A DNA stretch of 64,000 bases from Bugula neritina (lineage: Eukaryota; Animalia; Bryozoa). A program made the position numbers and the translations under genes. Below the pieces are notes generated by a model. The model was not told where the DNA came from. It made no database searches and saw only the letters and a list, made by a program, of their open reading frames with translations. Positions within the stretch are counted from its first letter, which is position 1, and every line of letters begins with the position of its first letter. The stretch is from the NCBI GenBank assembly GCA_964035545.1, contig OZ037770.1:1860001-1924000 (forward strand). Direction: 5' to 3'. Below, piece after piece: positions 36,636 through 52,907 of the stretch.

Positions 36636-38689
36636 GGAAAACAACTGCATTGACATTGTGATCAGATATATTATAATAAAATGTGCTGTCATATTGCGTA
36701 CTTTGGTAACGAAAAATCTGCACACCATGTATAACCATAGGTTCCTTATTATTCTTAAATTTGATTATAAGCAAATTATTGTACATTATACCCAACAAAA
36801 CACAGGCTTTTCTGTGTGTCTAGCTAGTGCACACTATTGGAGATTTTTGGCAAACACAAGTAGAAGTAAGATGCATTCATCCCTTTTGCTTATTACTTCA
36901 TCAAACAAAGTAAACTGATATTTCAGACTTCACTGTGTCTATCTTCAGAGTTATGCATTGAATGATAAAAATTCAAAAGCCATAACCGTTGAACTCCACG
37001 CATGACATAAGATAAAAGGGTGGAAGTTTTCTACAATTGATAAAGGAAAAAAAATCATTTTGCCTTTTTCTATATGACATTAATAAAAATATCAGTTGCA
37101 GTACAACTAGTATAAAATATACAGAGTAATTTTGTATGTTAAGATATGGCTTTACTTGTTTGATGTCAATTGAGCTTTATTATATAGCTAAACTGAGGAG
37201 GCTGTGAGGTATAACTCCAGCTACTGTCATTTTGTGTGTAGAGTTTGAACTGGTGGTGAGGGTATTTGTCTGGTAATGCCCCTCAGTCTAGGATCCTGGG
37301 CAAGAAGTCACTAATACACCCTGAACACATTCATTATTTTTGTTTATAACAAGATAGATAAGATACCCAAAATCTATATGTATATACTAAAAACCTCATT
37401 TTATGGCTCTCACTAAGTTCTATGTTTTCTCTCTCTCTCACAGGATACTATCTTTTATATTTATTGGACTCATACAGGCCACACTTACGCTATAGTTATG
37501 TTAATTAAGATGAAGCCATATAATTCACTCAAATAAAGTTGTGCTTTCTTTATACATATAATGCCACGAGGAGATAACTAACCTAGTTAAAAAATACAAC
37601 ATTTCTAGCCTTGGAATGCTATGTTTACAGAATTGCCCTATAAATTTAAAATAATTGGCAATTTATATCTTAGATAATAGCAGCTATATAAAATAAATGA
37701 AATAGTTGAAATAGCCATGAAATGAACTGTGCTGTATACAGGTTGTCAGTTATAACTTATATTATAGTCCGCACTATAATTAAAACTTATTGTTTACGCA
37801 TCACTTACTATAAGTAACTATTATATTATAGTCGCCTACATGCTTGCATATTTGTGCCTTTGTAACCTAATAGGTTGCATTTGATTTAATCAAATAACTT
37901 TTAATTATGCAAATGAACCTTTTCCTTCAAATGTTAGAAAAGGTTTGTGACTGCAGTTTGGATTTAGTAAAACTGCATTCACACGCATCTATTTATCTAT
38001 TTACTATGATGTACATATGGTGCATAGGATTTCTAAGAATGTAGAAGAAAAAGAAATGTCTTATATAATCTGTGAGTATCATTCATTGGTAGAAATCTGC
38101 CGGTCATGTGGTTTCTATATGTAAAAAAGTATCTTAATATATATATTTGAAGTTTCCTATATAATGCTTATTGAAAGCGATTTATAATATTAGTGTCATC
38201 TGTACTATTGCCATACTATAATTTGACTATACCTTGAAGTTTTCTTTAACAATCTTGAATCTTATGTATTGTGGTGAATTTGGGCATACATTATGCTTCT
38301 CTCAACTTAGCATATGACCCTTGACTTTTATTCAGTCTGATACTTTGTATTATTTCATTATATATGTTTGATATTGACTACATTGTGGCCAGCAACTCAG
38401 CCTGTAACCCTTCTTTCAGAGTACAGCAGCTGCATGGAATCAGGCTATCTTTTATTCTTTTACCCAGCACGTGTGTACTACCTACTGACTAACTACAAGG
38501 AAGATGCAATCCATATGGCGTGACAGATATTTCCTGCCTTTTCCAATGCTGCTCAACAGGAAACATCATCTCCCCAACTGACCGGAAGCAGCAAGCCAAC
38601 ATCACTATATAAAGAGATAAATTGCAGCAACACGTAGTATAGTTATAGATTTAGGAATTACTCATATACAGTCAATGCTTTTAATTACT

Positions 38690-39100
38690 TATTGTATACT
38701 GGTCATTTTACTTAATTTAGTGCACACTCCAAATCTCGAAAGTTTCAGCTATTTTTCCCAATTTAGCTGCTAAAATATATAGGCTTTTGCCTAAAACTGA
38801 TAGCATATCAATAAATACAACTAAACAGTAAAGTTTATTTTTTTATTTTGCTTAACTTCCCATGTTTTTCCCTAAATATTTGGCTAATTTGGACTTGCAG
38901 ACCGTCACGTTTTTTCGTAACGGTCCGCACATATAGAATATTAAGTGCATATGACAATGACCTGTGCTTTAATGTTGGGGAATCCCCTCCCAGCCTTTTC
39001 TGTTATGCGTAGTTAAAACCAGCACATAAAAATACCATGTATAGTAAATTTCAAATGATTTTGAGCAAACTTTAATGTTAGGTCATAAGTTGCTGGTGTG
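38690..39100. repeat. Unclassified dispersed repeat; inverted copy at about 61720-62125
   Basis: For example GTTGGGGAATCCCCTCCCAGCCTT versus AAGGCTGGGAGGGGATTCCCCAAC. Confidence 0.8.
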
Positions 39101-40087
39101 TTATATACTAAATGAAGTAAACTGACTCATATAGCATGTCTAGAGTTGTCTTTTCAAATTCTTATATTATTTCATTTAGCAGATTATATATTCTGACATT
39201 CAGACTCCGACTTTTGGATAGGATTGGCAGAAGTTGCTAGAAGGACTTTGCCCCTTGTATATAAAGAGGCCATCTCACTGAATATAATTAGTCTACCACT
39301 GGAGCTCGGAGGATACAGACCTACTTATATATGCTACTTTTGCTACAATGAAGATTTTTTTCTCCCAAGACTACAACTTTAGCTTGTTTCTTCTATATAC
39401 TAGAGATGGTACCACAGCGTGGTTTTAACGACAAAATAGGTTTTCAGCACTGTTTAACTAGTTTCTTGTAGCATGCTTTAAAATTATGTGTAGTTTTATA
39501 ATATAGAACTATACCATCAATTATTCAAATGTATTATAAAGTAATTGGCAAACTTACCACAAAATCCATGATAATTAATTAAGGTCTGTTTGAATTCGAA
39601 GCGATACTGTGTTTCACTCAGCGTCAGTTTAAGCAAACATGAGTTAGCATTAGCATGAAACAGAATTAACTATGCGTTTTATCTTAACAGCTTCAATAGA
39701 TAAAAATGGGTAAGTATTTACACAGGCTTTTATTTTATGACTGATAACTGTCATTGTATATAATAAATCTGCGTGTTTGCATTATCTATATACAAAAGAG
39801 GTATACACAGTTAGTTTAAGGTCATTACTTTCCAGATTCAGGCACTGCTTTATGTTATATATAAATGGTTTCCAGGGGATAGCTTGAACAGTTTTTGGCT
39901 CACATTACCAAATTATAGGCATGAAAAGATAGCTATGGCATTCTTCTTTCCTATACTTTTTTAATTGTTAAAAAAAGTTATAAATAAAGTTTTAAAACTG
40001 AAAATAACTATTAAGTTGGCAGCTCGACAAACCTTTTTGATAGGTATGCTAGTTTGAAATGAATTGCTATTTAGCTCATATGGCAAT

Positions 40088-40838
40088 CACAGGATAGTTA
40101 AGGGCAACCTTTTAGCTCCAACTGCCTTGCTGAGGTTTGCATTGTAATCATATAAGAATTCAGTACCAGTGAAATAAAATCTCACCTAATTGTGCTAGAG
40201 TCAAAATTTAAAAACTATGTTGTAGATCTTCTTTTTCCCCAGTGCAAAATTTTTGGAAATTTCAATTTTCATTTTTTTTGCAAAGTTATAGACAAAAAAC
40301 TGCCCAATTTTGGCCAATTTTGCCTGAAAAGCTGACTTTTCAGTGCCAGTGAAATATCTCAGCAGCAAAACATGATACCTGATTAAAAATTGCACTGTTG
40401 GAATCCTGAGATATTTCTCCAGTGCAATTTTTTTTTTCAATAACTCTGCTAGATCGCTCATAAAGTGGTGATTTATACACTGAAAATGCCATATTTTTTC
40501 ATAAGAAACTAGCAGCGCGCAGCACTCCACGATTCAATAAGCACGTAGGGATGAGAAGATATTGGCGCATACTTACTAATTACAGGCTTGCTAGCTGGCA
40601 GGCTATAATGAATAGCTTGCTTTGTACTTTGTTTATGTAGCACCCATAATGAAATGTTGATAGATAACGCAGCCCTAATGAAGGTTGCTGCTTATTGGTT
40701 GCAGTTTGATTTTAGGCTAAACAATTGCAAGTAGGCAACACGCATGCCACCCGCAGAGCAATATTATTCAAGAACATAAACTACATTTTGAGAGAAATTT
40801 ATGATATTTTTAGTAAGGATGCCCTTAACTATCCTGTG
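40088..40838 (-). mobile_element. Complete MITE copy, reverse orientation
   Basis: TIR CACAGGATAGTTAAGGGCA at both ends. Confidence 0.92.
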
Positions 40839-40840
40839 TA

Positions 40841-41910
40841 GTCACGATCTTCAAGAAAGGGGACAGGAGCATTTGCGGAAATTACCGTGGCATCTCACTA
40901 CTCTCTATCCCAGGGAAGGTATTTGCCCGTATATTACGCAATAGACTTACGCAACACGTAGAACAGTTTCTCCCAGAAGCTCAGTGCGGTTTTCGGGCAC
41001 GTAGAGGCACATCAGACATGATATTCTCACTAAGACAGATTCAGGAAAAATGCATAGAACAGAAGATGCCTCTATACATGATCTTTGTTGATTTCACCAT
41101 GGCATTCGACACAGTAAACCGGTTGACATTGTGGATGGTTCTAAGAAAGCTTGGCTGCCCAGACCAGTTCACTAACCTGATTGCAGCCCTACATATGGGA
41201 ATGAAAGCCTCTGTCAACGTGGAAGGAGATCTCTCAGCACCATTGGAGATCACAAACGATGTAAAACAAGGCTGCGTGCTGGCTCCGACCCTGTTCTCTA
41301 TCTATCTCACTATGGTTATGAACCATGCTTTTGATGGCTATGATGAGGGTGTATGGATTCAATCAAGACCTGGCGCTGACTTGTTCAATATCAATCAGTT
41401 CAAATCTTCCACCAGAACGAGAAAGGTACTCATCAGAAAACTCATGTTTGCTGACGACACTGCCTTTGTTGCCCGCTACCATCAGCAGGCTCAAGAAATC
41501 ATCACCCGTTTTGCAAAATCTGCCAAAGTCTTTGTACTAAAGATAAATATAACCAAAACAGAGATGATGTATCAACCACCACCAAGAGAGCATGATGAGG
41601 GAGAAAAGATCAGTATAGATGGATAAATCCTCAACACAGTCAAGAATTTCAAATACCTTGGCTCAACCATCACAAACAACAACAAACTTGATCAAGAACT
41701 CCAATTGAGAATGTCAAAAGCGTCACAAACTTTCGGAAGGCTAAGAGAAAGGGTTTGGGATAACGGAGACCTGACAACTATGAAAAATGTGTAGTCTACC
41801 AAGCCGTTGTTTTATCTACACTGCTATATGGAGTGGAGTCATGGACAATCTATAAGATTGCGGCACACAAGCTAAATGCCTTTCTTATGAATCAACTAAG
41901 ACAGATATTG
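40841..41910 (+). pseudogene. RTE-type LINE reverse transcriptase fragment
   Basis: NYRGISLLS, QCGFR..RGTSDMIF.LRQIQEKC, FVDF..AFD, KQGCVLAP, LMFADD, FKYLG. Confidence 0.9.
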
Positions 41911-41941
41911 TCATGTATATATATATATATATATATATATA

Positions 41942-43905
<1,964 letters not shown>

Positions 43906-44626
43906 GCTGAAGCATGAGCCAAATTTAGCTATGGAGAACTGTATATATAATAGTTGTTTTTCTATATTATATCATAAGTGTAAAAAACAGAGTTGTTCTT
44001 GAAACAAAATGATGTGTTTTTAGAAGATTTTCTTTATAATATCAACTAAATCAGCTTGTTTATTATATATTTACTGTGGTGTTAATTTACTAGCTAATTC
44101 ATTCTACACCTGAATAATCACACCAATTAAAATATTGAAGCTAAGTGAATATTACAATCAGCCAGTTTCGCTTTATATAATATATATAGCTAATTTTCTA
44201 ACTTCTTGACTTGAATATAATAACAGCAAAATATCTAATTTGTGGTTATTATTACTTTGTAAATTTTTAACTATGACTATTTACAAATGCACACACATAT
44301 TACTATATACCATGTATTTAGAAAAATTTTATGAAATTATTCAATGAGGATACAAAAAAATCCTCAATCAATCATCATTTTCATGAAACACAAATGAAAT
44401 TTTTAAAATCAACAATATACATTTGGTGAAGAATAAAAAACTTGTTGTAAAGCATAAAAAAACAAAAAAAAATTTAGAAGATTGACATTACTAAGCAAAG
44501 AAACAATACAACTGATTCTAAAAAGATTGCAACGTATATATTAAAAAAAATATGTTTAATTTATAGCCTGAATACTATTTTAGAATAGCAGTTTTTATAT
44601 GTATTAAACAAAGTTTTATAGTCAAT

Positions 44627-44766
44627 TCAAATATCAAATCCACTATCTAAAACTTCCTGAGCTTGAAGGATCTCCCTGAGATTAAGCTCTAATGAATCAC
44701 TTTCACCCCTTGCTTCTTTAACCAGGTCCATCAGTTCCCTCTTAGTGTCATAATCAGGAGATGCAG
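44627..44766 (-). CDS. Host gene B probable terminal exon (..ASPDYDTKRELMDLVKE..FDI*)
   Basis: atgcag acceptor in phase 1, open to TGA. Confidence 0.55.
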
Positions 44767-44907
44767 CTGCATATAGATAATTGCGTAATACTCAGTGCAA
44801 GAACAAATCATAATAAATCATGGAGCTAAAGTAATATTGAGCTTCTCATCCATGCTCGGACATTATATGCACTTGAATTTTAATTTGGAAAACTGTGCCA
44901 AAAAACA

Positions 44908-45294
<387 letters not shown>

Positions 45295-45505
45295 TTAAAA
45301 ATTGTCATCAAATATTACTTGAAAGCTATATAGAGTTCATAAAAGTGACTTGAATATAGTTCTTTATAATACATTAAAACTCGAGGCAATTATAAATAAA
45401 CTGATGAAAAGTATTACATTAGAACAGCAAAAATATAATAAATGCTAAAAGTTTTCTTAATTTCACTTTACATGATGTAAAGATAATGAGTTGTTGTGTA
45501 CTTAC

Positions 45506-45619
45506 CTATCAAAGTCTGAATTAAGAAAATCTTTTTTTGTAGATCGGAAGCACTTGCAATTAGTTCTGTCATGCCAGCGTTTCTATTTCTTTCAACCAGG
45601 TTGTAATCTAATTCTAATT
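45506..45619 (-). CDS. Host gene B exon (ELELDYNLVERNRNAGMTELI...)
   Basis: cattag acceptor, gtaagt donor, phase 1-1. Confidence 0.65.
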
Positions 45620-45825
45620 CTAATGTAAAAGTTAAAGTTTGAAAGTTTGACAAAAATTATAAGAACAGTCGTACACAAGCTTGACATATTAATATGTACT
45701 AATATAATCAGCTGCTCCATTTAAACTACAGTTCAAAACATATATATAATTTATAACAAGAAAAGTCAAACTCTTAGGTGGCTTTACATTCAGCACAATA
45801 CGTAAATAAACTGGCAACATTTCAC

Positions 45826-45894
45826 CTTTTTTTGGTTCATCATCTGATTTCTTCTCAATTTTTTGTTTTCTATCATCAGATGTCGATGGCTGAC
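45826..45894 (-). CDS. Host gene B exon (GQPSTSDDRKQKIEKK...)
   Basis: ttaag acceptor, gtgaaa donor, 69 bp, phase 1-1. Confidence 0.6.
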
Positions 45895-46543
45895 CTTAAA
45901 CAGATATTTGATAATGATAGCAATCAGACAATAACTAATTAAATGCTGAATTAGCTATTATAAACTAAAATAATTACTGCCTACATATAGCTAATATGCC
46001 ATCTGTTAAAGTCTGGAATCCAGCATTATATATTAACAGTGGTACTTAGGCCCAATTATCTCCAAGGCTAGCAAATCCATGTTCATGTCACTTTCATTGT
46101 CAATATAGTATTTATACTACTTGATAGAAACACAATAAAATAATATTGTGAATTATCTTTTATTCACCACTTGGTCAAATTTCTCATATTATATTATGCT
46201 GCATAATAACATAACATCGAGATTGCAGATATTCTAACAATATTAGCTTTTAACAACTGTTCTAGGCTAAAATAGATGGCAGCAGTTACAGTTAGCCCAG
46301 ATTTATGCTCTAGTAATGTAGCAAAACAATAGATTTATTGCTTTTTGTATGCAACATAGAATGGGAAAGGTTTTTGAATTAAAATTGTTTATTTGAAGAT
46401 TCAACAATAAATGTTATCATGCCTAATAGAATTATGGAGATCTTACTCAGATAGTTGAAGTATTATTAGGTAGGTAAACTAAAAACTGAATAAAAGATGA
46501 ATTGCAGTTTATTGATGCTAAAGTTATTATGTTCTTGTGATAC

Positions 46544-46645
46544 CTGGTGAAATCCCAGCTGCAGCTTCAGCAGCACCTTGTAGCTGATCATAAACACCAT
46601 ATTTCGCAAAAACAGATTCAACAAGTAACGCTTCTCCTTTAGTCA
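46544..46645 (-). CDS. Host gene B exon
   Basis: cttag acceptor, gtatca donor, 102 bp open. Confidence 0.6.
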
Positions 46646-46803
46646 CTAAGAGTAATCATATAAGATAAGTTTGTAACAAATAAAGCATGATTCAAAATTT
46701 TAAATTAGTTTGTTTGGTAAATTACAGTGGGTCTACACATTTATCTAGATTTTCAAATATTGCTGCCAAATAAACATATTAAAAATAACTTCTTATTTTT
46801 TAC

Positions 46804-47013
46804 CTGCTTGTAGAACAGATTTCATAATCATTTTTAGTTTTACTACTTCTTGACTTTTTGGCTTTGTGTCAGATTTAAGCAAATTTTTCTGTTCAGTGTT
46901 TTGATCAGGGAAGTTCTTTTTAATAGATGAACTTTCTTCCTGTTGCTTTTCAAAGTCATGCTCTTTAGCAATCTGTTCTGCATTACTAGCTGTTTCAGGT
47001 CTGACAAATGTTT
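46804..47013 (-). CDS. Host gene B exon (ETFVRPETASNAEQ...)
   Basis: tttag acceptor, gtaaaa donor; homolog of 3628-3840. Confidence 0.72.
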
Positions 47014-47115
47014 CTAAATCACAAGAAATAGAAGTTTTATTTGCATTTTCCAGTTAAATACTAAGATGAATGTACACAACAACTCATGTTTCTTGGACAT
47101 GAGAGCTATACACAC

Positions 47116-47214
47116 CTGCACCTTCAGTATTGTCAGTAGTCCTGCAGTGATTAGCAACAACTGCAGATATGATAACTCCAGCCATAACTTGTGCAGGTGT
47201 GTACTTTGCATCAC
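47116..47214 (-). CDS. Host gene B exon (GDAKYTPAQVMAGVIISAVV...)
   Basis: 99 bp; homolog of 3944-4042. Confidence 0.8.
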
Positions 47215-47463
47215 CTAAAGATAAACTCTTTTAATATATCTGCATAACGATATGAGGTGGTTTCATTTTACATTTTATCATAATATTTTGAAATATCAAC
47301 GGAAAAGGCTTTTTTGCATGTTCTTAGACCAGATAATATGTACACATACACAATGCTGTATTTTTAAGTTTTTCAAGGATATGTATCCAAATTTTATACT
47401 TTTTTCATTTAATTCCCTCTTACAAATATTATTCTTTCAACTTGCAGAAGTGTGTCAACAAAC

Positions 47464-48022
47464 CTAAAGGATTCGCTCTCTGGTACCACCTGCACATGGC
47501 ATCAGATTTCAAAAAAGGAAGTCTTTTTGTTGTACTGCTACTTGGCAAATCAATAAGTACCCTGAGATGTGAGGGTTCTTGGAAACTTGCTTCTTTTTCA
47601 ATCAAACTTGCAAATTCGTAAAAATCTAAATATACAGCTATTTTGACACCATCTAGTAAGTTTTTAAGAAATTCTTTTATTTCCACTTTTTCCTCTATGG
47701 TTAATTCTTCTTCCATTAAATCATTTGGCAATGTTAGAACTATTTTGTAAAAATCTTCATTGAAAAAAGCATTTCGAAGCTTTTTAATATGATCTCCACC
47801 AAATACACCTTCTACAAAGTTTTTTCTGTTAGCGTAATCAGCAAACTGTACAATTCCTTTGATGCATCGCTTGACCGCTTCTAACAGAGTCCATCTTATA
47901 TCTACAAACACTTGCCGAGCACTTTCTTCCTTTATTTGCCTAGCAGAAAGTTTCCGCAGAGCTTGAGCAATCTCTAGAAATTCTGGCGTCCACTTTCTAA
48001 AATTGTTTTCTCCGATGATTTC
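47464..48022 (-). CDS. Host gene B main exon, paralog of gene A
   Basis: 559 bp open frame bounded by cacag and gtttgt. Confidence 0.88.
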
Positions 48023-49448
48023 CTGTGATGAAAATCAAATATATGAAAGGACAACAATATAATCATTCACTTATTTTAAGTGGACAATTATGTTCAGTTT
48101 TATTATGTTACTGGTATACATTTTGACTTTTTTTGAATTGGTGTTTAAGTAGAGTTTCTATGCATGAAAGAACTTCAAACTGCAAGTGTAAAAGTTGAAG
48201 ACTTAAACGTTGTAGCTTTTGTAATATAACAAAAAACTAACGCTGTTGCAATTGGTCAGCAGTGAGAAAATCTGCGTAATAGAATTTGTTAAACAACATG
48301 TAATTATGACTGTGAAATATCTCATGGCGCAAAAATTGACTAGGCTAAGCACATTAATTTCATTGTTTCCATTGCTTTAATTAAGTAAAAATCATAGGCA
48401 GTAAATTTGTACATTGAAAATATATGCGTCTGCATTCATTTTGCTAATTTGAGTTTTTTAAAGGACTCGCATATTAAGCACTAGTGTGATGATTTTATGT
48501 GGTGTACATATTCAACCGTGATGCAAAAAAATAAAGTGGATTCCCTGGTATCTTAGAACTTGTACTCTTTGCATAAAAGAAACCTATTCATACAGGTTTG
48601 AAAATATGTTTTGGCATGCCTGCTGTTACTGAAGCTCCGGCATAGCTCTTTACAGATTGCAAGAAAAGTAAGTATAATTATAGTAAAATAGCTAGTATGA
48701 GAAAGAATTGTGTTGCCGCCAAGTGCTCAGGTCTAACTCACTAGTTTGAGGCACTCCGCCGCCTTATCTATTAATAGAATGCCTTATTCTGAGAGGAGTG
48801 ACCAGATTGGACCTCCTCAGTTGGTGAGCAATCATGCCATACTAATATGTAATCGAATTCTATATTTTGGAGATATTGAACAAAGAAACCATGAAAGGTG
48901 ACAACATACAAGGACATAGCACATGATTCAATTTGCTGCTCACTGCCTACAGCTATGATATAATATTGTGATAGACATGGCTTATAGCTTATTCAGACAC
49001 AGGCAAATTTTTATTAGTTGGGTCTAACGAATCTCCCACAAACAATTATCACTCCTTTTTGTCGGCTAACTGCAGTACTATAGTGTTTAGTTGCTTAGCA
49101 GCGGTGCTTTTACTAGTAAAGTGTCAATAATTGAATTCAGTCATAGTTGTGCAATGACAAAGTAAAACTGTTGCATTAATAAATTAATTATAAGTAAATA
49201 TCGTGAATTTAAATTACGACAGGTTTAAAATTTATTGGTCCACCAAAGCTGAAAAATTGTTAAATCTATGCTTAACACCAGTTGGTCTGTGAAAAGTAAA
49301 TGAAAATGAAATATAAAACTAAATGCCCTGTTCATATGTTTTTATATTGTGATGGTTGTGAGAGTGTGTGTTACTTCCCAACCATTAAGTATACAGACAC
49401 TTGTATAAAAAGTGTGACTATAGTCAAAAAGTCTTATGATATTCTTTG

Positions 49449-49826
49449 TGTTACGCTCAGGCTAACATTGCAAACTGCCGCACTTCTGCAGTGATGAAGC
49501 AAGGTACCGCACCAGCCACTGCGGTCCCCACAGCTAGAACCCACCGGCCAATCAAATGACAATTCCCCTTTATAAGAAGTGCCTTTTGGCACCCAGCCAC
49601 ATCGTAGATGTAGACATAAAGCAAAGCTAACTATCTTGTATTCTATCTTGTATAAGTTTTTGACTCGTTGTACACTTCTTTTTGTGATTGGAATTGTAAA
49701 TATAATTTTTCATCTAAACAGAACAACTCCTTAGTTCTTGTAGTAAACCTTGTAGTCAGGTTATGAACTAGCAGTCAAAACACAAAATAAAGCAGACTTG
49801 TAGCTAGTAGTCAATAAAAACACAAC
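49449..49826 (+). repeat. Possible solo LTR
   Basis: TGTTACG start, TATAAG box, AATAAA near the end; no partner copy in the window. Confidence 0.3.
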
Positions 49827-50429
49827 GGTATCAAACTCAAACTGATAATTTATTCTTTTTTAGCTTTTCAGTACTTATTATTTATATTTTTATTGTTGTT
49901 GAATAAAAAACTGAAATGCCCTGCTTTATAGCATTTTCTTTATTAAAAGTTATTGCCAAGACGTTTTTAGCTAGACTAATTATAAAATAAAATAGAAGCT
50001 GGTAATGTTTACTTTAGGTGAAATGATTCAGTTGCATCAATTTCAATCCACATCTTAACTTTTTTCAGGTGTTTAATATGCTACTGGTAACCATGTAGCC
50101 GGTACTACTTGTCTCATGGGTTGGACTGTCGGCAACTAAACCAATACCCCTTAATGTCCTAATATTAGTGAGGGTGTACTGGAAATTATTGTAGAAATAT
50201 AAACAAAATCTACAAAATGAAAAAGTGAGGATCTGTGGCAGTCCCCACGGGCGTGTACAGACAAACATGTATAACGGCCAGCCACTGCAGCAGGATGTAA
50301 ATGTTAGCATGTCTTTACCTCTTCATGCCAATAGATCCTATTTACACCTTGCCGAGAGAGGGAAAATGATAACGCAAAATCCAAGTTCACTTAATCATTT
50401 TGCATGAAGTTTTACTGATTATGTGAATG

Positions 50430-52907
50430 GAAGCAGTATTCGATACCGGCTCAAACGTCGCCCAAGTCAATAAGGTTCGAGCCGGTCTGCTCCAATGAAA
50501 GTAAGCTAGGATGCAAACAGAAAAGTTCTTAGACTAACAGAACAGACTGTTGGAACTTTACTAGACCGGAATAATTTAAAAAGACCTGAGAGGCAGAGAG
50601 CACTTGTTGCAAAAGAGCTGAGTCGATCGATATGATATTGATATTGCAGCTTTGAGTGGAACTCAGTTTGCCCTCAATTATAACCTTGTTGATAATGGGT
50701 ACACATTCTTTTGGAGTGGAAGAGGTAAAGAAAAGAGAAAAGAATCAGGAGTGGTGTTTGCTACCAGGAATACAATTATGCTGTATCTAGAACAAGAACC
50801 AACAGCAAGAATCGATCAAATTATAAGCATGAGAGTGACACTGAAAAAGAATCATTATGCCACAATAGTGAGTGTTTATGCTCCAACAATGGCAAATTCT
50901 GAGGGAAAGAAAAAGTCTTACAATAAACTAAGAGAAACGGTGAAGAACATAATATGCATCTCAAACAAACCGATTATAGCCGGTGACTTTAATGCAAGAG
51001 TAGGCTGTAAAGCTCAAAATTGGCCAGGTGTTATTGACAATCAAGGAATTGGAAAATGTAACACAAATGGGGAGCTGCTATTGGCATTTTTGTTTTGCCA
51101 ATGTCCTAGGTAGAGCAGAAAGAAAGGAGCAATATTGGTTTGATGACAATGTTGTGAAGCTTTGCGTTGCGTACTGAAAGAAATAAGGCGAAATCAAAGG
51201 CGATACAAAGAAGAACAAGAAATAGCACTGATAGATTAGCACAAGCACGCAGAAAGTTGCACAAGTACACTAAAAAAAACAGTCTCAATGGTGGGAGGAA
51301 AAAGCGGGCTTACTCCAACAGGCATCTAATAAAAAAAACATGAAAGCATTCTAAAATGGCTTTAGAGAATTGTATGGGCCACAGAACAGGGGAACTGCTC
51401 AATTACTGAACCAAAGTGATAAAAAAGTACTTACAGCAAAGAATGACACCCTAAAAAAGTTTGCCCAACATTTTGACCAGTTGCTAAATGTAACAGGAAA
51501 AAGTGCACCATGAAGCCCTCAATAGTCTCAAAAATATGCCACCCAATTTGAGCCTAGATGACATGCTCAGTTTTGATGAGCTACTTAATGCGTTAGATAA
51601 ACTAAGGAGAATAAATATCCTGGATAATGCGGCATTCCAGCTGATGTGTGGAAGTATGGTGGAATCAGGCTTAAAGAGAGACTATATGATATGATTGCTT
51701 ATATATGGAGTAACGAGAAGATGCCACATAACTGGAAAGATGCAAACATTGTGCCAATTTCTAAAAGGGTACTAGGAAGGACTTCTGGCTTCTGGATTGT
51801 GCTTAAGAAGTTTGGTTTAACTGATTGAAACCCTTTATGCAGGTATGCAAACCTACAGTAGTGCAAGGTAGAGACAATTCGAGTGAGTTTGCAGTAACCA
51901 ATGTTGTCAAGCAGGGGTGTGTAGTTTTATTATACCTAATTGCTATGCTCGAAGTGGCATTTAGGAACGTAAATGAAGAAATTTATATTCAAACTTGACA
52001 TGGGGCTGACCTCTTTGATATGGCTCAGTTCAAGTCAAAGACTTGCACTATAACTAAACTCCTAGTCATAGAGATGTGGTTAGCTGACGACAGTGCTTTG
52101 GTGGCACATTGCACTGCAGATATGCAAGTGCTAGTGAACAACTTTGTAAAAGCAGCAGCTCAGTCCAGCTTAAAAATCAACATCAAGAAGACCACATGCA
52201 TGTACCAGCCAACCAAACTCATTCACCCTCCACCTGAACCTGAGGTTATTATGATAGATCAAGAACCTTAATTGCACTTGCCTCAAACTTCATTTATTCA
52301 ACAAGCACTGTTTTTTTGTACTACGGCAAAACTAGATAAAGAGCTATGAAGCAGACTAGGCAAAGCTAGTGCAGCTTACAGAAAGTTGCCGCCAAGACTC
52401 TGGGACATGTATCTATCAGGGTGAAGTGTAAAGTCTACAGAGCGGTGGTGCTCTCAAGTTTGCTATATGGAGCAGAAACATGGACAATATACAGGACACA
52501 GGTGGAGAAGCTAAGTGTTTTCATGATGAGGCAATTGAGAGACACGATGGCTGTAAAAAGTATGACAGATTTGCAAATGAAGAAATATTAGGATGTGCCA
52601 ATTTGCCAAGCATGGCTGACATCCTTATATAAAAGAGCCTGAAATGGCTAGGCCATGTGCACAGGATGAAGCATAGCCAGTTTTCAACACCATTGCTCTA
52701 TTCTCAGCTGAAAGACAGCAAACGAAATAGAGGGCAATCTAGACTCAGACTTAAAGATGTTGCCAAGAGGAATATGAAATGGAGATCCGTCAACTTGAGC
52801 TCCTGGCAACAAACAGCTGACAATTGAATTGCAAAGAGAGTTGCGACCAATTTCAAGCCGAATCCATAAAACAGTCATAGTCGTATCGACTGACTGCGAG
52901 AGAGAGA
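50430..52907 (+). mobile_element. Decayed RTE-type LINE (APE endonuclease + RT) in a gene B intron
   Basis: YTFFWSG, IVSVYAPT, IAGDFNARVG, KQGC, LADD, LLYGAETW; short (GA)n tail. Confidence 0.88.

Noticed and set aside
36913-36952. Minus-strand hammerhead-like string AACT-CTGAAGA-TAGAC..GTCT-GAAA-TATC-AGTT
   Set aside because: It has an extra base before stem II and essentially no stem III, so it may be chance; an Infernal score would decide.
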